This document shows positions 16,706 through 26,270 of a stretch of 34,532 nt of DNA, piece by piece. The notes under the pieces were generated by a model. The model searched no databases and was not told where the DNA came from. It was given only the letters and a program-made list of their open reading frames with translations. The stretch comes from Cyclobacteriaceae bacterium (GTDB lineage Bacteria; Bacteroidota; Bacteroidia; Cytophagales; Cyclobacteriaceae), in the NCBI GenBank assembly GCA_050288525.1, contig JBNKDZ010000281.1, forward strand, positions 1 through 34,532. The letters are read 5' to 3'. How positions within the stretch are numbered: position 1 is the first letter of the stretch; every line of letters begins with the position of its first letter. A program made the translations under genes and the position numbers.

Positions 16706-17998
16706 TCAGCCTTGTTGTTTATCTTCCGTGCTGGCAACAGTCATGGCAACAGTGGCATCTCCTGTTACATTAACGACCGTCCTGCACATATCGAGCAGTC
16801 TGTCAGGAGCGACAATAAGTGCCAGTCCGGCTGCAGGAATCCCGGCAGCTTCAAGCACAATAATCAACATTACCATACCGGCACTCGGGACACCGGCTGA
16901 CCCGATCGAAGCAAGAACTGCTGTTAGGATAATGGCCAGCTGACTGGTAATGCTAAGCTCCAGCCCCATGGCATGGGCAATAAATACAGCTGCCACACTC
17001 TGGTACAGGCTGGTGCCATCCATATTGATAGTTGCACCAAGAGGCAACACAAAACTGCTTACCTCATTCGAAACTTTCAGGTTTTCTTCTACACATTCCA
17101 TAGTTACAGGCAGTGTGGCCGAACTGCTGCTCGTGCTGAATGCCAGCAGTTGAGCGTCTCGGATACCCTTGAAGAAATCTTTATACTTTGTTTTGGTAAA
17201 AAACCGGAATATCAATGGGTAGACAATAAGGATCATCACCAGTAAACCAGCGATCACAGTTATTGAATAATAAAAGAGCGCGCTAAGTATTTCCATGGCT
17301 TTGGCAGGGTTGGTACCGGAAACTTCCACGATCATGGTGGCGATAAGGGCAAACACCCCATAGGGCGCAAATACCATTATGTAATGAATGATCCTGATCA
17401 GCACCTCATTCAACCCGTCGAAAAATTTTAATACCGGATTCCGTTTCTCACTCTTGATTTGTAATAAGGCGACCCCGAAAATGATAGCGAAAAACACGAT
17501 CTGAAGCATATTTGAATTTTCCGAGGCTCCGTTTACGAGATTATCCGGAATAATATTGATCACGGGTTGAAGCGGGCCTTCATCCTTAAATTTCTTTGCT
17601 TTCTCTGTTTTGTCACTTACCTCATTTTTAAAGGATTCCAGCAATTCGGTACGTGTTTCCTCTGTTAATATGGTCCAGGGTTTGATCGTATTTACGAGCA
17701 ACAACCCGATGGTTGTAGCAAGGAGCGTGGTGATGAGGTAGATACCGATCGTTTTTCCCCCCATCCGCGATAATTTGGATATATCCCCGAGATTGGCGAT
17801 GCCCACAATCAGGCTGGCAAGGATCAGTGGCATGGCGATCATCTTTAATGCATTGACAAAAATAGTCCCGAAAGGTTTGATAAAATGGATTGTGAATGAG
17901 GAAGGGATGCCGACAAAGATACTTATCAGACCAAAAATCAATCCCAGAATTAATCCGATGACGATCTGCGTATGTAGTGGTATCTTTTTTTTGAACAT
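16706..17998 (-). CDS. Dicarboxylate/amino acid:cation symporter (DAACS, GltP-like)
   Basis: ATG at 17998 (MFKKKIPL) is preferred over the TTG at 18004. Family blocks SSSATLPVTM, GATINMDGT and DRLLDMCRTVVNVTGD. Multiple TM helices. Confidence 0.9.
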   Translation of the reverse strand: MFKKKIPLHTQIVIGLILGLIFGLISIFVGIPSSFTIHFIKPFGTIFVNALKMIAMPLILASLIVGIANLGDISKLSRMGGKTIGIYLITTLLATTIGLLLVNTIKPWTILTEETRTELLESFKNEVSDKTEKAKKFKDEGPLQPVINIIPDNLVNGASENSNMLQIVFFAIIFGVALLQIKSEKRNPVLKFFDGLNEVLIRIIHYIMVFAPYGVFALIATMIVEVSGTNPAKAMEILSALFYYSITVIAGLLVMILIVYPLIFRFFTKTKYKDFFKGIRDAQLLAFSTSSSSATLPVTMECVEENLKVSNEVSSFVLPLGATINMDGTSLYQSVAAVFIAHAMGLELSITSQLAIILTAVLASIGSAGVPSAGMVMLIIVLEAAGIPAAGLALIVAPDRLLDMCRTVVNVTGDATVAMTVASTEDKQQG

Positions 17999-18036
17999 AT
18001 TCAACTATTTGAAAGGAAACGTACCTGAAAACAATA

Positions 18037-19113
18037 TTACATTTTTGATACTTTATTCAACAGATAATGATCCGCCAGCACCAGAGCTGCCATAGCTTCA
18101 ACGATAGGCACAGCCCGGGACACAACACACGGATCGTGTCGTCCTTTTCCGGACACAACAGTCTTCTCGCCCATCCTGTCTATGCTATCCTGATCTTTCA
18201 TGATGGTAGCCACCGGTTTAAACGCCACCCTGAAATAGATATCTTCTCCATTTGAGATCCCTCCTTGTATACCACCTGAAAAATTGGTTTTAGTGGTGAC
18301 CTTATCTCCTTCTTTCTCAAACAGATCATTGTGCTCTGATCCTTTCATAGCGACACCATCAAAGCCACTTCCGTATTCAAATCCTTTAACGGCATTGATA
18401 CCCAGCATGGCTTTTCCCAACTCGGCATGCAATTTATCAAAGACAGGCTCACCAAGGCCAACAGGTGTATTTTTTATCACACATGATACAACGCCCCCAA
18501 TGGTATCCTGTTCCTTACGAATCTTATCGATCAGATCGATCATCTTTTCTGCTGTTCTTTCATCCGGGCACCTTACAATATTCAATTCGGTATTTGCCAG
18601 ATTAAGTTGTTGGTAGGGAACATCAAGTTTGATATTTCCAACCTGAGAAACATAGGCCTGAACGGATATTCCAACCTTTTTCAGTAAAAGTTTGGCAATG
18701 GCTCCGGCAGCAACCCTTGCAGCCGTTTCACGGGCAGAGCTTCTGCCTCCTCCCCTGTAATCACGTACCCCATATTTCTCCTGGTAGGTATAATCTGCAT
18801 GAGAAGGGCGGTATTTATCTGCGATGTGCGCATAATCCTTACTTTTCTGATCCTGATTATAGATGACGATTGAAATCGGTGTTCCGGTACTTTTCCCTTC
18901 AAAAACACCCGACAGGATCTCCATAGAATCACTTTCTCTTCGCTGAGTGGTGATTTTTGACTGACCTGGTTTTCGTCGTTCCAGTTCCTGCTGAATAAAC
19001 GCTTCATCAATTTCTATTCCGCCGGGACAGCCGTCGATGGTTACACCGATTGCTTTTCCGTGGGATTCACCATATGTAGTGACCGTGAAAATTTTTCCGT
19101 AGGTATTCCCCAT
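18037..19113 (-). CDS. aroC: Chorismate synthase
   Basis: [28 protein letters not shown] and [11 protein letters not shown] are canonical AroC signatures. Length is 358 aa. Confidence 0.95.
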   Translation of the reverse strand: MGNTYGKIFTVTTYGESHGKAIGVTIDGCPGGIEIDEAFIQQELERRKPGQSKITTQRRESDSMEILSGVFEGKSTGTPISIVIYNQDQKSKDYAHIADKYRPSHADYTYQEKYGVRDYRGGGRSSARETAARVAAGAIAKLLLKKVGISVQAYVSQVGNIKLDVPYQQLNLANTELNIVRCPDERTAEKMIDLIDKIRKEQDTIGGVVSCVIKNTPVGLGEPVFDKLHAELGKAMLGINAVKGFEYGSGFDGVAMKGSEHNDLFEKEGDKVTTKTNFSGGIQGGISNGEDIYFRVAFKPVATIMKDQDSIDRMGEKTVVSGKGRHDPCVVSRAVPIVEAMAALVLADHYLLNKVSKM

Positions 19114-20555
19114 TATTTTTTAAAAATAAGAAAGACGGTAATGCCAATCATAATAACCAATACAATATTGGCGATAAGTTTAATAATACCTTCTTCCTTT
19201 ATACTTGTTAAATTATTATTTTCTAATTCAATGTTGCTATAAAACGTCCCCAGATCGTAAGAAGATATATTCACGTTCTTCTTGCTTTCACCGGTCGAAT
19301 GCAGGCTGATCTCCGATTTTAGCGTATCGTATTTTTCCCGGACCGGATCAAAATATATCATAAATATGTGATCTTTCAGATCAAAATCTCCCGGCTCATT
19401 GGGTATAATAAAATAACTGAATAACTTTTTCCCTACAACCCTGCCGTTATTGTACTGGATTGTCTGCCGGATATTCGGAGGATAAAATTCGATTATATTT
19501 GATGAAGGTATGACAGGCTGCTCAATTGAAGCAATATTTCCTTCACCCTGAATGATAAACTGATAGCTGTAACTCTTACCTGTTTCTACATCTGTATCTG
19601 AGATCTTTTCAACAAGTTGATAATTTCCGACAGGTACTTTTTCTTTTAATGGATGTGGGGGGAGGCTTTTTACTTTTACAAAGACAGGCTTTGATTCAAA
19701 AACTTTTTTATTTTCCTTAACCAGAGGTCCAAAAAAGGTTGGACTTTTCACAGGATCGCTTTTCAATAAAACTAACTCTATTGAAGGGATATTAATATTT
19801 TCCTGATTAAACGGATACAAAACAGATTGATATAAGATGTATTTTCTGTATCGCTTACCATTTATTTCAACATCAATTTTTTGTTTGTCCAATTCAAAAC
19901 TTTCACTCCAACAGTTTGGGGGGATTATTTTTTTCTTTATCTCTGTTAACTGTTCGTTAATCTCAAAAAAGCTAAGATTAGCTCTGTTGGTCACGGACTC
20001 ATATAAAGCGAATGTTAACTGAAAACCTTCTCCCACATAAACATCTTTTTTATCCGTTGTTACCGCAATAAAAGCGTCGGCTTTAATATCATAAAATTCC
20101 TGTTGAGCGTTCTCCTCTCCAAACATATCTTTGAAAGGATCAAAGGAAAAAGGATCGTATTGCTGCTTTTGCTGTGGTGGTCCTACTTTTATCTTTTTTC
20201 CCGGCGATTTGTATTCTTTGCCGTTGACAGTAACACTGAATGGCTTTAATGTGAAGGTTCCTTCATCCTGAGGCACATAGTTTTGGGTAATGCTTCGGGT
20301 AAAGGATAACTGATTGTTTATAATATTTGTTGTACTTGCCTGAGATTGCCCGATAGTATTGAATCCGGGAATATCCGGAAATCCGCTAATGTCTCGTATC
20401 TGTTCGTTCTTTACGACAACTGTAATTGTAAATGCCTGATTTACAGCTATTTGATCTGGTCCTAAAACAATATTTACATTTTGTGCCATATTTATGCCAC
20501 AAAATCCAAAAAATACCGTAAGAGTTATAAAGAATTGTTTTCCAATCATATTCAT
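19113..20555 (-). CDS. BatD-like protein (aerotolerance-associated family), signal peptide plus C-terminal TM anchor
   Basis: The N-terminal signal ([25 protein letters not shown]) is followed by a segment typical of BatD N-termini ([18 protein letters not shown] ... [19 protein letters not shown]). C-terminal [22 protein letters not shown]. Candidate starts are ATGs at 20576, 20555 and 20549. The stop overlaps the aroC ATG as TAATG. Confidence 0.6.
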   Translation of the reverse strand: MNMIGKQFFITLTVFFGFCGINMAQNVNIVLGPDQIAVNQAFTITVVVKNEQIRDISGFPDIPGFNTIGQSQASTTNIINNQLSFTRSITQNYVPQDEGTFTLKPFSVTVNGKEYKSPGKKIKVGPPQQKQQYDPFSFDPFKDMFGEENAQQEFYDIKADAFIAVTTDKKDVYVGEGFQLTFALYESVTNRANLSFFEINEQLTEIKKKIIPPNCWSESFELDKQKIDVEINGKRYRKYILYQSVLYPFNQENINIPSIELVLLKSDPVKSPTFFGPLVKENKKVFESKPVFVKVKSLPPHPLKEKVPVGNYQLVEKISDTDVETGKSYSYQFIIQGEGNIASIEQPVIPSSNIIEFYPPNIRQTIQYNNGRVVGKKLFSYFIIPNEPGDFDLKDHIFMIYFDPVREKYDTLKSEISLHSTGESKKNVNISSYDLGTFYSNIELENNNLTSIKEEGIIKLIANIVLVIMIGITVFLIFKK

Positions 20556-20710
20556 TTTTTTATGGTAACATGGCATGTTGGAGTGATACGAGGACAAATT
20601 TACCAGAAAGCAATGATATGAGAAAATTTATGGGCAACGAATACTACCAAATGACACATTATATAAATATTTTTATTATATTATTGTTTTAAAATTAAAT
20701 TTTAGCCGAT

Positions 20711-20908
20711 ATGTTAAAATATGCCAAAGTAATTTTAGCAAAAGTGAGTTTTGACGCAAGATTATTTGAAAAAGAATTAAGGAAAGCCTTGAAGACGTTG
20801 GTACCGGTTGAAATTAAAGAACTTAAAAAATGGTGTTATGAGGAGTTCTCTCATATTTATGAACCATTACTGAACCGATGTTTTAAGGAAGTTCAGGTAA
20901 CCAATTAA
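20711..20908 (+). CDS. Small hypothetical protein (65 aa), helical and Lys/Glu-rich
   Basis: ATG start. A strong intrinsic terminator begins 23 nt after the stop, so the unit looks monocistronic. No recognised family. Confidence 0.5.
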   Translation: MLKYAKVILAKVSFDARLFEKELRKALKTLVPVEIKELKKWCYEEFSHIYEPLLNRCFKEVQVTN

Positions 20909-20930
20909 AAAAAAGAGTATTAGGTATATG

Positions 20931-20974
20931 TCCCCCCTGGAACAGGATTCTGAATCAGGGGGGATTTTTATTTT
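20931..20974 (+). terminator. Rho-independent terminator
   Basis: Perfect 9-bp GC-rich stem tcccccctg (20931-20939) / cagggggga (20956-20964), followed by tttttatttt. Confidence 0.8.
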
Positions 20975-21075
20975 AAGGAGCAAGAGTGATGCCAACCTGA
21001 CAGCGTCCAAAGACCTGTCAGCGTTACTTTTGACGACACCACTCAACATTTCTTAGCACTTCAATTTTGTCTTAA

Positions 21076-21101
21076 GCAGAATTTTCAGAATTTCAGAATT
21101 T
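21076..21101. repeat. Three tandem copies of cagaatt(t)t (9, 8 and 9 nt)
   Basis: cagaatttt (21076-21084), cagaattt (21085-21092) and cagaatttt (21093-21101), in a gene-free convergent intergenic region. Confidence 0.7.
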
Positions 21102-21189
21102 TAATTTGCTGAGACACAAACCAGGATTTTACAAATCAAACGCTTTACTCTGTGCTAAGCGCTTTGCCTCATACTACAAACTGTTATAC

Positions 21190-22116
21190 TTATGATTCAA
21201 AATCGAGAAACCGAATATTCCGCAATATTCGCTGGTATCCGGGCCTTTTCAAGGGAGATCCTTTAAACGTCTTTTTAAACACCTCTTCGGTTATTTCCTG
21301 CCAACTGCTGATTTGTTTCAGATCATCAGAAGGTAAAAAATCTTTTTCATGGTGTGGTTCTGAAAACCTGTTCCAGGGGCACACATCCTGACATATATCG
21401 CAGCCAAAAATCCAGTCCTTCCATGTATTGGTAAATGCTTCCGGGATCTCATCTTTCAGCTCGATGGTAAAATACGAAATACATTTTCCTGCATCGAGGG
21501 TTCCGGGAGCGACAAGTGCCTGTGTCGGGCAGGCATCTATACACTTTGTGCAGGATCCGCAATAATCCTTAACAGGGCTGTCGTATGTAAGGGCCAGATC
21601 TGTTATGATCTCAGCAAGGAAAAAATAGCTCCCCTTTTGCTTATTGATCAGCAATGTATTTTTCCCGATCCATCCCAGCCCGCTCCTGGCAGCCCACTGG
21701 CGTTCCATGACGGGAGCCGAATCGACAAATACCCTTCCCGCAATGCCTCCGGCTTTTTCAGATACCGATTCCAGCAACTTCCGGAGTTTCTTTTTCAGCA
21801 CATCATGATAATCTTTTCCATAGGCATATTTTGAAATCTTGTGTCCATCATCAAATTTCAACTCGTTTTCCGGATAATAATTGTACAACAGAGAGATGAC
21901 GGATTTTGCTCCGGGCACCAGTAAGGAAGGATCAAGACGCTTATCAAAATGATTTTCCATATAACCCATACCTGCATGCATGCCTTTATCAAGCCACTGA
22001 TGAAGTTTTTGTTCCTCCTCAGTAAGTTTCTTTGCTTTGGAAAAGCCACAAAAATCAAATCCTGCCTCTTTAGCCTTTTGTTTGATGTACACAGATATCT
22101 TTTCTGTAAAAGACAT
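21190..22116 (-). CDS. queG: tRNA epoxyqueuosine(34) reductase
   Basis: Two 4Fe-4S ferredoxin-type motifs (CGSCTKCIDACP and CDICQDVCPWN) and overall QueG-like sequence (YAYGKDYH, GWIGKNTLLI). Confidence 0.88.
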   Translation of the reverse strand: MSFTEKISVYIKQKAKEAGFDFCGFSKAKKLTEEEQKLHQWLDKGMHAGMGYMENHFDKRLDPSLLVPGAKSVISLLYNYYPENELKFDDGHKISKYAYGKDYHDVLKKKLRKLLESVSEKAGGIAGRVFVDSAPVMERQWAARSGLGWIGKNTLLINKQKGSYFFLAEIITDLALTYDSPVKDYCGSCTKCIDACPTQALVAPGTLDAGKCISYFTIELKDEIPEAFTNTWKDWIFGCDICQDVCPWNRFSEPHHEKDFLPSDDLKQISSWQEITEEVFKKTFKGSPLKRPGYQRILRNIRFLDFES

Positions 22117-22128
22117 GATTCAGGTTTT

Positions 22129-23157
22129 TCAGTCGAATAGAGATCCTGTTTTTCCAGGCAAGGCAATATTGAGATGCTTATAGGCTGCAGGAGTTGCCTC
22201 CCTTCCCCTGGAGGTACGCTTGATAAATCCTTCCATGATCAGAAATGGCTCATACACTTCTTCAATGGTTTCGGATTCTTCGCCACAGGCTGTTGCAATG
22301 GTAGAAATCCCTACCGGCCCGCCGTTAAATTTTTCAATAATGGTGCGGAGAATGCGGTTGTCCATGTCATCAAGTCCGTGCTGATCGACATCGAGAGCAT
22401 GCAGAGCCATATTGGCAATTTCTTTTGTCACAGTACCATCCCCTTTTATCTCGGCAAAGTCACGCGTTCGGCGGAGCAGATTGTTCGCTATACGTGGTGT
22501 GCCCCTGCTCCTTCGTGCAATCTCATAGGCGGCATCCTCATCAATCGGACAATTCAGGATGTGTGCAGACCGAAGTACGATCTTATGCAGAAGTTTGGCA
22601 TTGTAGTATTCAAGCCGGGCGGTGATACCAAACCGTGCACGCAGCGGCGATGTGAGGAGTCCTGCCCGTGTGGTGGCACCGATAAGCGTAAACGGATTCA
22701 GGCTTATCTGGACAGAACGTGCGCTGGGGCCTGCATCGAGCATTATATCGATCTTGTAATCTTCCATTGCCGAGTACAGATATTCTTCAACAACAGGATT
22801 CAAACGGTGTATCTCATCTATAAACAGCACATCTCCGGATTCCAGATTGGTAAGCAGGCCGGCCAGATCGCCGGGTTTATCGAGTACCGGACCGGAAGTT
22901 ATCTTCAGGTTGGCACTAAGCTCATTTGAAATGATATAGGACAGTGTTGTTTTTCCCAATCCCGGAGGGCCATGCAACAAAACATGATCAAGTGGTTCGT
23001 TGCGCTTCCGGGCAGCCTGAACGAATACTTTTATATTTTCCACAACCTTATCCTGTCCAAAGAAATCCTCAAACACCAGAGGGCGAAGGGCCTTCTCGAA
23101 TTCTTTCTCTGCAGGGTTCAGATTTTCATCATCAGCTCTTAGGTAATCTTCTCGCAT
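22129..23157 (-). CDS. ruvB: Holliday junction branch migration DNA helicase RuvB
   Basis: Walker [10 protein letters not shown], Walker [23 protein letters not shown], and a typical length of 342 aa. Confidence 0.97.
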   Translation of the reverse strand: MREDYLRADDENLNPAEKEFEKALRPLVFEDFFGQDKVVENIKVFVQAARKRNEPLDHVLLHGPPGLGKTTLSYIISNELSANLKITSGPVLDKPGDLAGLLTNLESGDVLFIDEIHRLNPVVEEYLYSAMEDYKIDIMLDAGPSARSVQISLNPFTLIGATTRAGLLTSPLRARFGITARLEYYNAKLLHKIVLRSAHILNCPIDEDAAYEIARRSRGTPRIANNLLRRTRDFAEIKGDGTVTKEIANMALHALDVDQHGLDDMDNRILRTIIEKFNGGPVGISTIATACGEESETIEEVYEPFLIMEGFIKRTSRGREATPAAYKHLNIALPGKTGSLFD

Positions 23158-23242
23158 GAAATTCGGTTAATGGCACTAAATTAACTATTCGAAGTATTAA
23201 TTCATAAATATGGATTAAATTGCGACCGAAATAATATCAAAT

Positions 23243-24301
23243 ATGCAAAAAATGCCATTTATAAAACGCCTTTACCCTGTAGCACTGATTCTTGTAGCTT
23301 TTATTGTATGGAAATTCCGTCAGCATAATGCTCAAACAGAGGATACTGCCATGAGCCTTGTAGAGTTTAAGGGTTATACGATGGGATCGATTATGTATCA
23401 TGTCAAATATTACGACAATGATTTAAGGGATTTCAGCCTTGAAATAGATTCGCTTCTTAAAGTATGGAACAGGTCTTTGTCCACCTATATTCCGGATTCG
23501 GAAATTTCCATGTTCAATAATGACAGTTGCCTTAACTTCAAATCGCCTTATTTCTATCCTGTGCTATCAGCCAGTCAGGATGTACATGCAAAAACAAAAG
23601 GTGCTTTTGATCCTACTGTCGGGCCACTGGTCAATGCCTGGGGATTCGGAAATGAACAGCGGACCGATCCTGATTCTGCAGCAGTAGATTCTCTGAAAAA
23701 CCTGGTTGGATTTGAAAAGATACTATTTGATACTAAAAAGGTATGTAAAACTCGTCCCGGGATCAAATTAAATTTCAGTGCCATCGCCAAAGGGTATGCA
23801 GTAGATGTGGTAGCAGACTATTTGAAAGAAAAAGGTATTAAAAACCTGATGGTTGAAATAGGTGGTGAAGCTGTTTGTTATGGTAAGAAGCCTGAAAACT
23901 CGGTTTGGAAGATTGGTATTGAGGATCCCCTGGTAGAACGTGACGATCAACAAATCCTGGCCATTGCCGAACTGAGTGATATTGCCATGGCCACATCGGG
24001 TAATTACCGGAATTTCTATATAAAGGACGGCAAAAGATATGTGCATACTATTGATCCAGTCAGTGGCTATCCAGTTATCCATTCGCTGCTTAGTGCGACG
24101 GTATTTAGCGAAACATGTATGAAGGCAGATGCATATGCCACGGCATTTATGGTTATGGGAGTAGATAAAGTGAAAGAATTTTTAGAGAATAATAAAGAAA
24201 TTGATGCATATTTGATATTCCAGGATGAAAACGGGGGAATATCAACGTTTGTTACTCCCCGAATAGAAAGATTTATTAAAGTTCCAGATGTCAAAAAATG
24301 A
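23243..24301 (+). CDS. apbE: FAD:protein FMN transferase (ApbE family)
   Basis: GAFDPTVGPLVNAWGFG, AIAKGYAVD, ATSGNYRNF and HTIDPVSGYP are ApbE blocks. An N-terminal TM or signal segment is present. Confidence 0.88.
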   Translation: MQKMPFIKRLYPVALILVAFIVWKFRQHNAQTEDTAMSLVEFKGYTMGSIMYHVKYYDNDLRDFSLEIDSLLKVWNRSLSTYIPDSEISMFNNDSCLNFKSPYFYPVLSASQDVHAKTKGAFDPTVGPLVNAWGFGNEQRTDPDSAAVDSLKNLVGFEKILFDTKKVCKTRPGIKLNFSAIAKGYAVDVVADYLKEKGIKNLMVEIGGEAVCYGKKPENSVWKIGIEDPLVERDDQQILAIAELSDIAMATSGNYRNFYIKDGKRYVHTIDPVSGYPVIHSLLSATVFSETCMKADAYATAFMVMGVDKVKEFLENNKEIDAYLIFQDENGGISTFVTPRIERFIKVPDVKK

Positions 24302-25022
24302 ATGGTTTGGTGAATGGTTTGATTCACCCTATTATCACGTTTTATACAAACACAGAGATGAAGATGAGGCTCAGGCATTTATTGATCGCCTGATCAATCA
24401 CTTATCCTTTAAGAAGGAAGACAAAATTCTTGATCTGGCCTGCGGGAAAGGTCGTCATGCCATTTACCTCAACAGAAAAGGTTATAATGTAGTAGGCCTT
24501 GATCTTTCCAGGCAAAACATAGATTATGCCCGTATTTTCGAAAATGAACGTCTCAGGTTTTATGTACATGATATGCGTGATATATGGAAAAAGACAAAAT
24601 TTGATGTCATCCTAAACCTTTTTACCAGTTTTGGGTATTTTGATTATGACGAAGAAAATCAACAGGCGATCGATGCCTTTACAGAAGAATTAAATCCGGG
24701 AGGCAGATTGTTGATTGACTTTCTGAATCCGTATACGGTGGTACACAACCTGGTTCCTGAAGAAGATATAAACGTTGAAGGAATAAACTTTCATATTCGC
24801 CGATACCTGAACAACGATGGATATATCATCAAAAAAATAAATTTTAAGGCGGGTGAAAAATCGTTTTCTTTTCAGGAAAGAGTAAAAGCGATCCGGCGAT
24901 CCATGTTTATGGAATATTTCAAAAATGCAGGATTGGAATTGTTATCTGTATACGGAGATTACGAATTCAATCCGTATATAGCTGAAAAATCAGAACGGAT
25001 GATCTTTTTATTAAGAAAATAG
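24288..25022 (+). CDS. Class I SAM-dependent methyltransferase
   Basis: Motif I ILDLACGKGRH with the downstream acidic residue (VVGLDLS) and post-I/II blocks. The start overlaps the apbE 3' end by 14 nt. Confidence 0.82.
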   Translation: MSKNEWFGEWFDSPYYHVLYKHRDEDEAQAFIDRLINHLSFKKEDKILDLACGKGRHAIYLNRKGYNVVGLDLSRQNIDYARIFENERLRFYVHDMRDIWKKTKFDVILNLFTSFGYFDYDEENQQAIDAFTEELNPGGRLLIDFLNPYTVVHNLVPEEDINVEGINFHIRRYLNNDGYIIKKINFKAGEKSFSFQERVKAIRRSMFMEYFKNAGLELLSVYGDYEFNPYIAEKSERMIFLLRK

Positions 25023-25025
25023 ATT

Positions 25026-25769
25026 ATGAAGATATTGTTTGTGATCGTTTTGTTCCTGGCAGCATTTATTCCGGGCATTATTATCATCTACTTAAAAAGA
25101 CCTCTTAAGATCAATCTGAAAAATATGTTGATCTTTGCAGGTGCGTATATTTTTTCCATCACCATAGTACATCTGCTGCCTGAACTGATCCATCAGGCAC
25201 CAAATCCAAAAATGATCGGCATCTATGTGTTGGCAGGTTTCTTCATGCAGATCTTTATCGATTTTCTGACCTCCGGAGTGGAACATGGCCATATACATCA
25301 CGACCACGACCACCATGTGCCCTTCTCTCCCCTGTTGTTGATGATCGGACTTTGTCTGCATGCACTTATGGATGGTAGTGTGCTGATCTTTTCAGGAGAC
25401 CATGCCCATGAAAATCTTTCCGTAGGCATGCTTATCGGGATTATTTTACATAAGATACCTGCTGCTATCGTATTGATATCTGTATTTCTTGCAACAATAA
25501 AAAGCCTGAAAAAGGTGTTTGTATGGTTGCTTATATTTAGCATCGCTTCTCCTCTCGGACTGATATTCAGCGATTATTTACATAGCTCACAGATCTTTAG
25601 TCAGGATACTTTCACCATTATTTTTGCGATAGTAAGCGGCAATTTCCTTCATATTTCAACTACCATTTATTTCGAGACCAGCCCGGATCATTCGTTTAAC
25701 AGAAAAAAAATACTGTTCAGCCTGCTGGGAGCTTCTCTGGCTATTGCAGTAGAATTGTTTCAGCACTAG
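25026..25769 (+). CDS. ZIP family metal (Zn/Fe) transporter
   Basis: Polytopic membrane protein with a His-rich loop (EHGHIHHDHDHH) and an HKIPAA-type motif. Starts 3 nt after the methyltransferase stop. Confidence 0.82.
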   Translation: MKILFVIVLFLAAFIPGIIIIYLKRPLKINLKNMLIFAGAYIFSITIVHLLPELIHQAPNPKMIGIYVLAGFFMQIFIDFLTSGVEHGHIHHDHDHHVPFSPLLLMIGLCLHALMDGSVLIFSGDHAHENLSVGMLIGIILHKIPAAIVLISVFLATIKSLKKVFVWLLIFSIASPLGLIFSDYLHSSQIFSQDTFTIIFAIVSGNFLHISTTIYFETSPDHSFNRKKILFSLLGASLAIAVELFQH

Positions 25770-25934
25770 TTCTTTGTTTGTACAATTTTCCTTTTCTGTA
25801 TCCGGGAAATTTATTCGGAATAAAATCAAAGATCTGCTATGGATATCAGGTTAAAATGGTTTTTACATATTTAACTTTAAAAAGTAAAAAAACGATCGAA
25901 AATTGATTTCTATAAAATTCGGATAAGGATGAAG

Positions 25935-25989
25935 AAATCATTCGAAAAACTTAAAATAATACATTAAAAAATCATTTCGTTAAAATAAT
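25935..25989. repeat. Imperfect direct repeat (aaatcatt[t]cg ... ttaaaataat) x2
   Basis: Copy A at 25935-25960 is aaatcattcg-aaaaac-ttaaaataat. Copy B at 25969-25989 is aaatcatttcg-ttaaaataat. They lie about 280-335 nt upstream of the PKD cargo gene. Confidence 0.5.
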
Positions 25990-26270
25990 TTAAACATATT
26001 GGTTTTTCTTCCAGATCATCCTCTCAAAAAATATTTATAAAGCCTGATTATTATACATGTTCCGGCTTCCCGAGAATTAAAAATCTTCCGTTTAAAAAAG
26101 ATAAAATAGGAAAAGACTATATACTTTATATCCCGAAGGTCAGCGTGCCTTCAATTGCAAATTTCCCTCTGAATATGCTTATATTCGTAATACTTCGCTA
26201 AAAAAACCACCTCATATAACGACTGTTCATACACTTCTTAAAATAGGTTTTTAACAAACGTTAAATTGCC

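Noticed and set aside
20867-21391. ORFs 20867-21049 (minus) and 21152-21391 (plus)
   Set aside because: The first spans the terminator hairpin. The second runs antisense into queG. Both are short and have no supporting features.
22174-22929. 251-aa plus-strand ORF, with the nested 22425-22625 ORF
   Set aside because: It lies entirely antisense to ruvB, whose identity is unambiguous. The translation is Cys/Arg/Gly-rich with no motif, which is a typical shadow ORF of a GC-richer gene.
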